Source of the DNA: Takakia lepidozioides
Taxonomy: Eukaryota; Plantae; Bryophyta
Length of the DNA stretch: 64,000 nt
Direction of reading: 5' to 3'
NCBI GenBank assembly: GCA_030704615.1
Contig: CM060733.1
Span: 46,934,001-46,998,000, forward strand
Position 1 is the first letter of the stretch; every line of letters starts with the position of its first letter. The notes under the pieces were generated by a model. The model did no database searches, was not told the DNA's origin, and saw nothing but the letters and a program-made list of their open reading frames with translations. Shown in pieces: positions 23,231-35,939 of the stretch. The translations under genes and the position numbers were made by a program.

Positions 23231-23800
23231 GGTGATGGCAGTGGAGGTGGGTGAGTAGTGTAACCCCGAGAGTGTAAGAGTTGGATTCCGTGGGCAGCCC
23301 CAACCGGCCCTATGTGAATCACCCTTAGGATTAAAGAGGCGTTACTAGCTTAGATAGACTATTAATTTCTAAGGGGCGTCCCCACAGATTCTTTCCTTGC
23401 TAAGGGGCGCAAAGAAAACGTCGATCGAGTTTTGCAGCACCCCCAACTAACACATTGGTCTTGTCTTATAGTGGGCCGTAGCCTTAGAGAATGCTATTGA
23501 TTTTCATCCACAATAAGTTAGATTTTAGGAGAGGGGATGAATTTTGACATCTTAGACTAAAACTTATATCATTTACTAGGCCCATATGGCAATTTGTGCC
23601 AAGATTTTAGAGGGGTGAATAGGTAGGTGCCCATGGAAGCACCCTTTCTCATTTTAAAGGGCCAATTCCCTCCTAGGGGCCATTGCTTGGGAGGGCGATT
23701 GGGATTCTCTGCGTGGAACCTGGCTCTAATAACCCCCGGGTCGTGAGGTGATGGTAGCGGAGGTGGTGAGTAGTCTAACCCCTGGAAGCATAAGCCCTTG
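23231..23800 (+). repeat. Two copies of a short repeat with tRNA-like A/B box remnants (possible second SINE family)
   Basis: GGTGATGGCAGTGGAGGTGGGTGAGTAGTGTAACCCC (23231) resembles GGTGATGGTAGCGGAGGTGGTGAGTAGTCTAACCCC (23747). A B-box-like GTTGGATTCC lies at 23280. Confidence 0.4.
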
Positions 23801-24303
23801 GCTCCTTTGGCTCGTGTAACTCCTCTTAGTACATTTTATACTTGGCCAAATTTTGGACTTAGTCAAATTTCAAGACCAATTTCAAAGACCAGTGGAAGTT
23901 AATCAGTCGAGTTGCACTCCCCTCCGTCTAACCCATTGTCACCCCAATCTGGAGTTACACTCCGTTCATTTCTATGTCAGTCTCGAGAGGATGGAGAAGA
24001 TTTGACATTTCGAAACTGGCATCAGAGATTGCACATGTGCATTAAGTTCTTGCAGTATTCCTAGTGTTCTCCCAAACAATTAATGTATTATTAGTTCTGG
24101 CAATCTTTTTTTTGTTTTTATAATCTTAAGAACAGGGTTTTTTTTTTCTTCAAACGGCAAGTTTGGATGAGGGGGTGGTTATCGGGGGCTTAAGTTGATT
24201 ATTTCACTGCCCTTTTTAAAAAATAGGAAAAAAGGTAATAGGCCTGATCATCAGTTAGTGAAAAGGCGGATTTTTTTTTAATAATTAAAGGGGACGGACG
24301 GAG

Positions 24304-24559
24304 CAGAGTTTATCTTAAAAAATTCGGAAAATAGCACGAGTTTTGCAAAAATTAGGCATATATTCTGTTCATCCATTCAAATTAGGACAAAATCTCCACA
24401 TCCGTACTTTCATCATTCATATAATCCATATTCGGCGAATCCATCCATAATTATTATTATTTTTGGAGAAATTTTGGCGGTTTCATCCATGAAAAAACAT
24501 GGAATTTGCTACGGAATATTCTTTTCTAGTTTTTGAAATTCGCCTAAGAAAAAACGCTG
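24304..24559. mobile_element. hAT-type MITE, copy 2, inserted into a retroposon 3' end
   Basis: Termini CAGAGTTT...AAACGCTG with an 8-bp TSD GGACGGAG (24296-24303 and 24560-24567). Homologous to 3894-4167. Confidence 0.85.
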
Positions 24560-24887
24560 GGACGGAGCCCTGTTAATCAAAGTAAAAAACAAGGAAAAAA
24601 TAACCTGGTGGGGTTAACAATGTATAGGTACATCATTATAAAAATAAATAAAAAAATAAAAAAATAGGGACATCATCATTAATATTAATATTATTAGAAT
24701 GTGAATAGCCATTTAGATTTGTTTTGTTTATATTCATTTGTGAGCTAGGCTTCTGCAATACAATACTGTTTTGTAGGTATAACAGAGGCCTGAAAGGGAT
24801 GGAAAACAGATATCATCCGTGAGGCTAACATCGTCTCGCACCTCTGGGAGGTCTGATCGATCCACCACAACGCCAGCTGCTGTGGCT

Positions 24888-27800
24888 ATGGCGGGCGCCA
24901 GCGCGGCCCTCCAACAGCGCTGTGGGGGCCCTCTCCGCAGCTTTCAATCCGCTTCTTCTGTTGGAAATTTTGTTTATTTTTCGAATGTGCGTTGCAGTTC
25001 TTCCGCTGGGCGAGCGCCTTCTTGCTGTCTCAGGATCACCTCGTGGGCTGGCTCGAGATGCTCCGTTGGATTTTCCAGCAATCAAATCCTTTCGGTAATC
25101 AGTCTTTGAATGCATCACGTATTTGGGTTGGGTCTCTCATTGTTTGCAAAGCTGAGCTGAGATTTCGTAATGTCCCCCCTGCCTGTCCAGCATTCTCATG
25201 GGAGTGACATCGTCGTTGTCTCGCTATGTAGGTTATTTTATATGTCTGCGGTAGATCGCTCCCGAAGATAAAGCTGCCGTTGTTTCCTTAGATGGATTCA
25301 CTCTTGTGATATTTCTGTGCGGCAATTGCAATTAGAAAATCCCGAACATGGTCGGCAGACAGACATGTTTTGTAATGTAAATTCTGGTAAATGTGTGGGT
25401 CTAGCGTGTTGTGGTAAGCATTCACGTCTGAGTGCTTGCCTGCAGAGTGCCGGGGTTGCAACAAAATGTATTTGACTTAAATAATAAGGTTGCAGAGTTC
25501 CCTGTGAGAAACTAGAAACTCCTCAGAAGGTTTCGCTGAAGGTTATGTGCCTTAAACCTTTCTAACAAAATATTGAGTAGTGAGGTTTGAGCAGAGAAGA
25601 GTCATATGGCCGTGAAGGTGGTGAGTGAGTGACCTTCGTACCAGACAGATACAGCCCCTGATGCGAGGAGTCTCTTGACATTCTTGGCTTCTTCATTGTA
25701 GTTCATGGATTATTCTTTGCAAAATTGTTGCAATCTCAACTGGGTTGCTCTGTTCACAGAGAGAGGAGCAGCTGTGGCTTGCCTCCAAACCAAAAGAGCT
25801 AGCAAATGAGCAGGGCAGACAGGGCAGACGCAGAGGTGGGGTGTTGAAAATAAGAGCTGCTGTGTTTGACCAGCTCACTACCAGTCTTGAAGCAGCTTGG
25901 ACTAAACTGCGGAAAGAAGGTGATAATCCCTCTTTCAGCATCTATCTTAATGTTGTATTGCAATGTTGGGGCTCAACACACATCGCAGCTCACAGTGCGA
26001 GAGGTTTTAGGGTATCTAACCGCAGGCAGTGTGGGAAGTCGCCTGTGTTCAACATGTTATAGTTGGGACACGTCATCCGAGGACTCAAAATGTCGCAATC
26101 TCTGCAAATTGACAGAGAAAAATCATTGCTGCATAACTAGGGTCATCATTGAAAACAAAAACTTGGGTATGCAAGCTGAACTGTGCCAGCCTACAAAGCT
26201 GAATGCTCAAACATCATTTTTGCAACAGCCTGGGATTGGAGACCCAATTGCCCCACCCTGCAAAGGCAAATGCTGAACCTTTCAAACGTTACTCCTAAGT
26301 GTATCCAATCTGACTTGTGCAATCCGACTAATGGTATCCAAGAGACAGATCAGGAGCATAGGTTGGGTGAGGCAGCCACTTAGTGGGGAAAACAGTGTCT
26401 TTGATACCCAAGAGACTCCAGCTTGTGGACTCTCAGTATACCTCTGTACTTGTAGGTTGACAGGTGCTAGTTAGCAACTGTTGCTGAAGCAGACAGGTGC
26501 AGTAAAGCTGCGTTGTGAGGCAGTTGCTGTTAACCAGGATTACAGTGGGTGTTTGAACAAGTTTCTTTGGTACTACTAGTAGTGTTCCAAATCTCGTTGA
26601 TGTATTGTGTGCGATTAGTACGGTGGTAGTTGGTTCTCAGTACTTTGTGTCTTTACTCCAGATGTTTTGACAAGAGAAAATGTGAAGGAGCCCATGCGCG
26701 ACATTCGACGAGCTCTCTTGGAGGCCGATGTATGTCCAATGTTCTCTTTGTCTCACTAGTGTTTCTCAAGTATTCACTTCAGATTGGTGTAGTCGCTATC
26801 CACTAAACAGGGCTCTTGTCAAAGGCTGAAGCTACGTGTATGTTTTTGCTCAAACCTTACCAAAGAAAAGTAAGCTCAATAATAGCCACAGTTTCTGGAT
26901 ACAGTCCCAAGAGTTTGCATGTCTGTTGCTGGGTGCAGGTGAGTCTGCCAGTAGTGCGTCGGTTTGTCACGTCTGTTTCGGAGAAAGCAGTAGGCACGGG
27001 TGTGATCCGTGGAGTAAGATCTGACCAACAGCTTGTCAAGGTAGGCTTGGATCCTCATTTTGCTTGCCCGCCATGGTGCAAACTCACTTTATCAACTCCT
27101 GTGTCCAGCATATCTATGAGTTTTCACGTCCACCATCCTTTTGAGTATCATTCCGTGGCAGCCCTTGCCGGAAACTGTGTGTGACAAGATGACCTATTGC
27201 CAAGTTGGTTGGGTGGGCTGTTTGTAGAATGCTATCTTAGGAAAGCTTATTTGGACTATGTTGTTGAAGATGGAGGTTTCTGGAGAAGTGATGTTGAGAG
27301 AAATCTCAAATCTGAACAAACCTAATACCATGTATTTGCTATAAGGAAAAGTCAGAAATTGTGACAACATACTTCTGATCAGAGGACATAGAATTCTGTA
27401 AAATGTAGAAGTTAATGAGGACCCTCAGCCTCAAATTGAACAAGGCGAAGGTTTGAGATGCACAGTTTGTAAGGATGGCTGTCCTGGGCATGTGGACTTG
27501 CAATTTTAAATTGGGAAACAGGAGGCACTGAGGAAGGGGCTGGCAGAGTGCAGGTGGTGAATGATGAGCTGGTGGCTCTTATGGGTGGAGATATGTCCAG
27601 CCTTGAATATGCTAAAGCAGCTCCCACTGTCATCCTTATGGCAGGCCTGCAGGGTGTTGGCAAAACCACTGCCTGCGGCAAACTAGCCCTCTATGTTAAG
27701 AAGAAGGCATGTATTGATCTTCACCTCTAAATGGATTTCATTTTTGGGGTGGATAAGCTAGTTACTCATTGCAACTTTAGGAAAAGCCAGATTAGTGGAA

Positions 27801-30800
27801 TATGTATCAGCGTGGGATGTTACTATGTGTCCATTTCTTCTTGCATGTTCCAAGCGTTGCCAGATCAGTTTCCTCACGTACACTTGAGGGCAGTGGTATC
27901 TTCATGCTTTGTGGAAGATTACTTTATGCTTGGAAAGTATGGTTAAGGAACACGTGGTGAAGAACCTTGAAGTTACCTGTCCATGCCTAATCACCACAAC
28001 ACTGTTGGACTGGTTTGGAGGGAAGCAGGGGAAGAGCTGTATGATGGTTGCCACAGACGTGTACAGGCCGGCAGCCATTGACCAGCTTGTCACCCTTGGC
28101 AAGCAGGTGCTTCCTGGATGAGGGGTCGCATTGCACTTGACATTTTGAATTGGAAATTCATATCTCACAAACTCTATCTGTACTCAAACTTTGTCCACAA
28201 ACTATATGCCTTAGAGGGTCCAACTAGTGGCATCGACTGAATGTGATGTGGGCAAACTAGTCGAGCCTTGATTCACCTACTCTTGACAGTGGTTACCATC
28301 AGGTGGCATCCTGCAGGATTCCATGAAGTCTTTGGGTGGGTAGTGACATTGCAGATCATAGGAAGCAGGTAGCTGGTGAGATGTTTCCCAGAGCAGTGTT
28401 GTTGTGTGCTGTGGTATCCACACATGACTGTAATTTGTCTCAAAAAGCTTTGCAACGTGGATTAGTGCCCTGAAACCCTTCAATATTATGAGACCAACTT
28501 TTTGAAATGAGCATTGTCAGATTTTGGAGAAGCAATCATGGCAATCATGTATCAATGATGATTTCCTGTTTGATGTTCCCAGGTGGATGTTCCTGTTTTC
28601 GAGGCAGGTAATCAAATAAAGCCTGTGGAAATTGCAAGGAGGGGTCTGGCTGAGGCCAAGAAGAAAGGTGTTGATGTTGTGATAGTTGATACAGCTGGAC
28701 GACTTCAGGTTTGTTTTTTGTTCTGTTTTGTCATCTTTCTACCGTGTTCGATGGGAACTTTGGCCTCCTGTGGATGTAATTTTTCTCTTTGTCTACTTTG
28801 TCACATAGGCCCTCAGGGCCCTGTTGGGTGTAACGAAGTTTTGTCCTTCGCGTATATGAGTATGTAAGATTTAATGTATTTATTTAAAATATGTATTAAA
28901 TATATTGTACTGAATTTTATTGAATGATAGGTACAAAGGGGTCCCCTTTTCTTCCAAAGGACAAAACAGAGGGGCTCAATTGTGTGAAATTCTGTCATCT
29001 TGGCAATGCATTACTGTCCTGGAGCTTCTTTAGAAGCAGGGCAGGACCAGACAAGGATCTCAATAGATTTGCAGCTCTCATCCATGCAAATGTTTCTCTC
29101 CATGTTGTTTCACTTGTTGACAAGGGTTTGGTGTGGAGGGTCAAATTACAGGTAGACCGTGGAATGATGGACGAATTGAAACAGATGAAACAAGCACTGA
29201 ACCCAACAGAGGTTCTTCTAGTGGTGGATGCCATGACTGGACAAGAAGCTGCAGGTTCTGATGCATGACCTTGTTTCTTTGATGGAGTTAATAGGTTGCA
29301 TGGAGTGAGAGTGTGTGTTTTCAAGCATTTCCAAATAGAGGGTTGATGCATATGCAAAATGCAGAACGGAGCTTACTAAAGTCTTCAGTTTTCTGTCATA
29401 ATCCTTTCAGCTTGCTTGAATTGGCTGCTTGCTTGCAGTTAATTCGAGCTTGAATGTACATGTCACAAGGCCAATGGAGCAATTTGCCTCAGCACTAAAA
29501 CCTCACATAGCCTTCAGTTGCTGTAACCAACCTATACAAGCTTTCAACCTATAAATAGACCACCTTATTTGTTGTTGTACTAATAAGGTTAGAGAGTGAT
29601 GGTTAAGTCTTTTGGCTCTGGAGGTGAAATATGTATCAAGATCAATGTAGGAACTTGGTGCTCTAGTTTTCTCTGAGGTGAATACCTTTGTCTGGGCCTT
29701 TGCTGGCATTGTGGCTCCTTGCCTTTGTGGACTGTTTTAGCTTTGCTAAGGGGATATGTAAAGGCTTCTGAAGTTTTGGAGATGGGGGTTGAGAAATGCA
29801 GGGCTTGTGGCAGCTTTCAATTTGGAAGTGGGCATTACAGGTGCTGTGCTCACCAAACTTGATGGAGACTCGCGCGGTGGAGCTGCACTTAGTGTGAAAG
29901 AGGTTATACCAGCCTCCCTGCATTCAGTCACCGGCCTTCTTTTCTTATTGGGGCGTGTTGTTCATGTGGCTCCTGTTGTGGATGGCTGTAGGTGTCGGGT
30001 AAACCAATAAAATTTGTTGGGGAGGGGGAAGGGATGGAAGCTTTGGAGCCTTTTTATCCGAACCGCATGGCGAGCCGTATCCTAGGGATGGGTGACGTGT
30101 TGTCATTTGTGGAGAAAGCTCAAGAAGTTGTGAGTGCACCTTCTCTTGTATTTAAATCTCTACTCCTGAATTGAACATCAGTGTCAAACGACTACCTTTG
30201 TTCATGTCTTGCTATTGTCTCTTGATGATTATGTTTACTTTTCTGGTGCTAAGGGAACAAGGGAGTTCTGCAGTGACCTAACTAGTGGAGAATATAGATG
30301 CTTCAATGACCCGCAATTCTCCCCAGGTGGAAGCAGTGTGGAAGCTTTGTGCTAGTGTTAAAAAGTCCCACCTGGACCACTGTGTTGTTGGGAGCTCATT
30401 CTCTCCTGGTATTCTCTGGTTGAACTAGACCAGACATATGAGAGAGGAATGTTCAGCACATATTGTGCTGAAATGGAAGAGATTATTCATGTGCCTTGCT
30501 AAGTAGAGTGCTTGGGAGTGAATGGGGGACAGATGCTGAAAGAGGAGGCAGAGGATATGCAGAAGAAGATTATGGAAGCTAAATTTGACTTCAATGATTT
30601 TCTGAAGCAAACACGCTCTTTAGCCCGGATGGGTTCCATGAGTGGCCTTGTCAAACTCATTCCTGGAATGAACAAGGTCTTCCCCCTTGCCCACATGCTT
30701 TATTTTGTAGATCATGCTTATGACCTTTATCTTTGACGCCAAGTAACTTCCTTAAGTCTTGCCTTAGGACTCAAACCCTAGTGGCTTGCTGCTTTTTCTC

Positions 30801-32250
30801 ACCTTGAATGTTGCAATGTGACAGTTGGGCTGTCAGAGTTAACCTGAAAGTTTCAAGTTGATGGAAGTGGATGAGTTGGTTCAACTGAATTGGGATGAAG
30901 TTTGTGTCATATATATTGAGCAGGTGACGCCGCAGCAAATTCGTGAGGCAGAGAAGAGTCTGAAGATAATGGAGTCCATGATCAACTCTATGACTCCTAG
31001 TGCGTTCTTCAGGGGTCCCCTTGTGTGTGTCTGATCTCGTCACAAATCTGGTTTTTGTGCTAGTTGTTTAAAACTTGTAAACTTTATACTCTTTGAACTG
31101 TTGGTCTTCTGAGTGAAAGTGGGTGTGGTAGGCAGGTTTCTAGCACTTATTCCCTTGAAAGAGATCTTGAAAGTAAGCTATGGACGTGTCTTGCAATTCT
31201 GAAGAACATGTGGATCAACGTACAGAGGAAAGGGCAGACCCAGAGTTGCTTGCCAAGTCACCGTCAAGGAGGCGAAGAGTGGCATTGGGCTCAGGAAGAT
31301 CACAAGAGCAGGTGGGTATGGGTGAGTCAGCTCTCTGTTGTGGCTTACTTGTGAAGTACAAACACCTGCGTTGTCTGATTTCTATTCGTCAGCCTAATTG
31401 ACAGACTGGTTGAAATATTATGACATTGCACTATATCTGAAGTATACATCGGTTATGTTGCAATGGACCTTGCATGGCTGGATTGTTATTGGGACAATGG
31501 TGTGAATAGGATTCTTTTTGTCAGACAACACCTGGGCTGCACTTTGAAATGCAGGGCTGTGGAATTCGTATTTAGAGAGGCAGGGATTGCATTAGCGCTT
31601 TTACTGTGTGCCACAAAACCTCTCTGCCATTAGAGACATCTGAATCAACAAAAAACGTGTTGGAGTTTAACATCAAAAGGATACCAAGTGGACCAAGTGA
31701 AAGATAATACCAAAGGAAGGCCAAGGGGGATTGACGAAGTTGAATTTTGAACGGTCTGTCATCTATGGAAAACTCGTGAGTGAAGTGAGAGTGTCGTGCT
31801 AGTCACGTGCACTTAATTTCTGGTGGCTGGGAGGGGAGACAGGTGAGCTCTCTGGTTTCGCAGCTCTTTCAGATGCGCGCACGCATGAAGAACCTGGCTA
31901 CCATGATGCAGGGTGGCACTATTCCAGGCTTGGAAGGCCTGGATGACCCACTGAAAGGGGCACGGAAGGTGTACTTTCTCCTCATAAATTGCGGTTTTCA
32001 ATCTTGGTTGATTGTTAAGCTGGGATGAAGTTGGCATCCGTGCTCAGGACATGGTTGTTAGCAGGTTACAAGTTATCATCGCCAACAGCATTGGAAAGAA
32101 TGTACCTGGTGTTGAAGGGATGTAATGGTTGGTTGGCAGGCTGCACCAGGCACAGCTAAACGGAAGAAGAGCCGCTCGGGATTGCAGCAGCAGCTGACAG
32201 CTTCTGGGGCAGGGGGTGCAGCCCCCAAAGGTTTTGGTGCCAAGAAATGA
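24888..32250 (+). CDS. cpSRP54: Chloroplast signal recognition particle 54 kDa protein, 15 exons
   Basis: Exons 24888-25094, 25760-25919, 26662-26729, 26939-27040, 27554-27706, 28029-28106, 28583-28708, 29152-29254, 29802-29902, 29992-30129, 30533-30676, 30924-30999, 31226-31311, 31843-31968, 32140-32250. Ser/Arg-rich transit peptide, [32 protein letters not shown] domain and C-terminal APGTAKRKK. Confidence 0.97.
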
Positions 32251-32859
32251 GTTTCATTATGCGGGAGATCTCATCAATCTTGTTGTATACATGCCTCACG
32301 TTCCCCTCAATTGTTATTGTAGCTTTCGGGGATAGTTAGGTCTTACAGAGTCACTTGTAAGAGGTCGCAAATCGACCGAGGAGTTTGGGGCAGATTAGGT
32401 AGATTAGGAAGGGATGTGAGGACGGTTTACTCGGGTCTATCATGGCATAGCCCATGCAAATGTGGCCATTTATTTCACCCCATGGTTGAGGAAGGACGAC
32501 TTGAAGGTTTGTGTTACTACCTCCACTAAGGAGGCCCAAGGTCATATTGAGATGGGGGCTGGGTAGGTCATTACTGCTACTTGGTCCTCCAGACCTTCTG
32601 TGCACCCAGTTCCATTGTCTTGTTCGGCACGAGGTTCGATAATTCCTTTGGATGTATGCATATCCATTGATGGTCTGGCATGAGTTGTTTGGTGGCCGGG
32701 GTACTGTGCTTCTATTGGGCTAGGGTCCAGTTTGCAGGGTATAGGATCCCCTTCGACCTCTGTTTATCTTTTGTTTGTTTTTCTTTTGGTTATTTTCGCT
32801 CTATCATATGTAATGTAAACTGTATGGAGTGATTGTGGTACGAGATAAGAGCATCCAGT

Positions 32860-33025
32860 AGATAGCCCAGTGGTTACGGTTAATATATTTTGACTAGTGG
32901 TTGTGGGTTGAAAACCACCTTAGTGTTTTGGATGTCATAAACGTGTCCGTGTCCGCCTTCCCATCGGAAGGCAATAGCCCTTTGGGGTCAAGTGGCACCA
33001 TAAGTTACACTTGCTTCGGTAAGAG
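32860..33025 (+). mobile_element. tRNA-headed SINE-like element, copy 1
   Basis: A box TAGCCCAGTGG (32863-32873), B-box-like GGTTGAAAACC (32906-32916) and the structured 3' tail at 32949-33023. Confidence 0.6.
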
Positions 33026-35114
33026 TTGACATATGTTTTTAACAAAACAGACTGTTGCCTATCTTATGGATTGTTTGGAGGGCTTTGATCTTGTGCAATT
33101 GTACAGCTACAAAATAGTAAGGCCATGTCATAACCCATCATGTCTGCATCTAAAGCCATTTTCTGGTTGCCTGCATCTCAGGCAGATGAAAAACACACAT
33201 ACTTGTGTGCATGTGGAATCATCAAGATGTATCAGGCTGATTGATTGGAAGAAATAACTCTGGGTGAGGCCCATTTTGTGGCACTCATTTGTGGTAGTGT
33301 GGGGCCACAAGATCGGCCCAAAATGAATTTGGATTGTGCGGCGGAGCTGCCACCCTCCAGGTTGTTCACTCTTCTCATGTGCATTTGAATATTTTCCTTG
33401 AGGTAAGGGGAGGTGGCTGGACATCAAAGCCTACAACTGTTCATCAGAATACATGTTCTAAGCAGGCTCAGGCGCGCAATGGGGCCAGATTTTGAAGTGG
33501 CAAAGGGACTCCCCCTGATGCTGAACAGCATAGACAACATAATAATTTCTCTTTGGAGCCTTTTGAACACCAGAGCAGGTAGCTCATATATCTCTGATAT
33601 TAGGCACATAGTCTTTATCGGTCCCTCAACGATGACCACTGAGTGTTGGTTTCTTGGAGGATCATGGTGGCTCTCACAATTACTTTAAAAAGGGTAAAGC
33701 CAAACAGTGTCCTCTGAAGACTTCAATAAGGTCACACCATGGCGACTAGAAGAGATTGACTTGGGTTGTTGACATGGGCTGTTTAGGCAGATTTTAGACT
33801 CACACTGAGTGAAGTATCTTCACCAATAATAAGTACTTTGAAGGCTTGAAGCTCTGCCCGCTCTCAAGCTCACCAAAGATGGATGAATCTGCAGACTTGA
33901 ATAATATGCAATCATGTGGGAGTCTGAGCTGGGTGGTTGAGGTGCCTTGAGGCTCTTTCAGCTCACCGACCTGGTCAAAGCAGAGGTCTAAACTACTAGA
34001 GATTGCACACACTCCAATTCCGGGAAGAGATGATATGCATCCACCTCATGCCGGCCTGCTGGCAGCCATGCTCTGTCCACTTTCTCGGTGTAACTTACCT
34101 CCATCTTCATATACTTGAAGATCACAGAAAAGTCCATCGCAGACAGATGGTGCAGTGGGAAAGGCCGATGAAGACAAGGCTGTAATGACAGGACGGCGCC
34201 TCCTGGCCTTACCCCTGTATTTTTCTAATACAAGGGCTCCTCTATATTTGAACTGTACAATCTGCCATTCCATATACATAAGTAAGTAGGCCCCTTGTTT
34301 TATTGCCCAGAAACTGACTCATGCTACTTACCACAGGGTCCAAGTCATCACCATCCCCAACTCACTGCCACAACGATGTGGAGAGGGGCCACATGGTCGG
34401 CCCACACAAATCTCGGCCGCTCAAGACCAGCAATTGACCAAGTTAGATATCATAGAAAGGAAAGCCCGAACGCGGATCTGTGATATGTGTTAAATAAGGT
34501 ATGGCACTTTCGGCTGCATTGTTTGCAGATTGTCATGCCATGTGCCCCGTCAATGTTACCTCAGAAAGCAACGACCAGGAAGGAGGAGGAAAGGACGACA
34601 TCATGTTTTCGGATATGGCTTGTGGCCCACGTTTCCACGACATACTGTATTACTATGATATATGTGCGAACCCTAGTCTCTCACCGTCCAAAAGAACTGA
34701 GCCGACAGATTGTTGGCAGAGATGGAGTTCGACGGGCTGGAGTGGAGCCCACATACAGATACGAAATTTGTTATGAGAGTGAAGTTTGCGCAAAGTTGAC
34801 TGTCACCACCAACAATACCTACCTACGTGGTGTGGGGTATGTATATGTGTGTGTACACCAAGCATCAGAAGTTCAGAGTTGACTCCATCACACCACTGCA
34901 CTTGATCATTGCGGTCCTTGATTGGAAACAACCAGGTTTGCCGCTTTCTGTTCCGCTTGGGTGTCCCTCCCACGTCATCCCCGGCCTCAACAGCGACCAC
35001 GGCTCCACCACCATGCTTATCATGCTCAGTAATGGATGCAGGATGGAGATTGAGACCCTGCAGAATGTTCTTCTACCACTCTACAAGCATGCAAGTTTGC
35101 AAGAGGAAAGGAAC

Positions 35115-35273
35115 TGCCATGCTGTGTGATTCACATGTATGAGCTGAGACCGTAACTCATCTTCATCATTCCAAACACAGAAGAACCATCTCCCCCATTG
35201 CTGTGTGCTTCACATGAAATGAGCTAAGACCTAAACCCAACTTCGTAGTTCCAAACACAGAAGAACACATCTC
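35115..35273. repeat. Imperfect tandem duplication, about 80-bp period
   Basis: TGCTGTGTG(A/C)TTCACATG...ATGAGCT(G/A)AGACC...TTCCAAACACAGAAGAAC occurs twice. Confidence 0.75.
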
Positions 35274-35761
35274 CGGCAAGCCATGGCAGAAAGCTTTATG
35301 GTGCTATGGGCAGTGCATGTGTTCTTCTTTATTGCTGTGCTGTGTCTTCTCACAATGAGATGGACATGGACATGGAGATGGATAGACATTCTGAGTCAAA
35401 GTTTTGTGGGGGAGATATCCAAGGAGAGGAAGGAAATGGAAATGCTTCCATGCCCAGTCAGAAATGCAGTGATTGGTAGAGTTCCAAGTCTGAAAGACAG
35501 GAAAGGTGATAGGCCACAAAGAGCCTGATGATGTCCAAGTGCTGGGCTTTATATTGGACTGCCTGCCCAACACACCTGCAAGCACACCTTGCAGGGGATT
35601 GCCCTTGTGGGCCTTTTTAGATATTTACAAGCCTCCCCTCCTGTCCATGTGGCCTCTCCTCACTGGCCTCTGCCACGTGTAGAAACAAGAGCTTGAAGAG
35701 GAGGATAGCCTTTACAATCCATGGTAACTAGTTGCCCACATCGCCCCTCGGACCATCCCTT

Positions 35762-35939
35762 TGTTGTCGCAATTTCCAACCAATTTGCGGCGACCATTCC
35801 ATCAATGGCCTTCTCGTGATTGCCGCGGGGAAAAGTTCTTTTCAGTGGTGCAATAAGCCACTACATACTACCTACCTAGCTGCGTGTGCCGCGAATATTG
35901 TAGGACTTGTAGCTGTGTAACGATATGTATATCACAACA
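35762..35939 (+). repeat. Possible solo-LTR remnant
   Basis: TGTTGT...ACAACA termini. The 3' end TGTGTAACGATATGTATATCACAACA resembles the gypsy LTR end TGTGTAGCGATATGTATGCGCACGACA (16634-16660). No TSD found. Confidence 0.35.

Noticed and set aside
32860-32925. Possible tRNA gene
   Set aside because: A and B boxes are present but no cloverleaf or anticodon arm can be built; better explained as a SINE head.
33100-35560. Coding-like decayed sequence between cpSRP54 and the TIC-like gene
   Set aside because: Short broken frames with no motif I can assign; may be an old pseudogene but unsupported without BLASTx.
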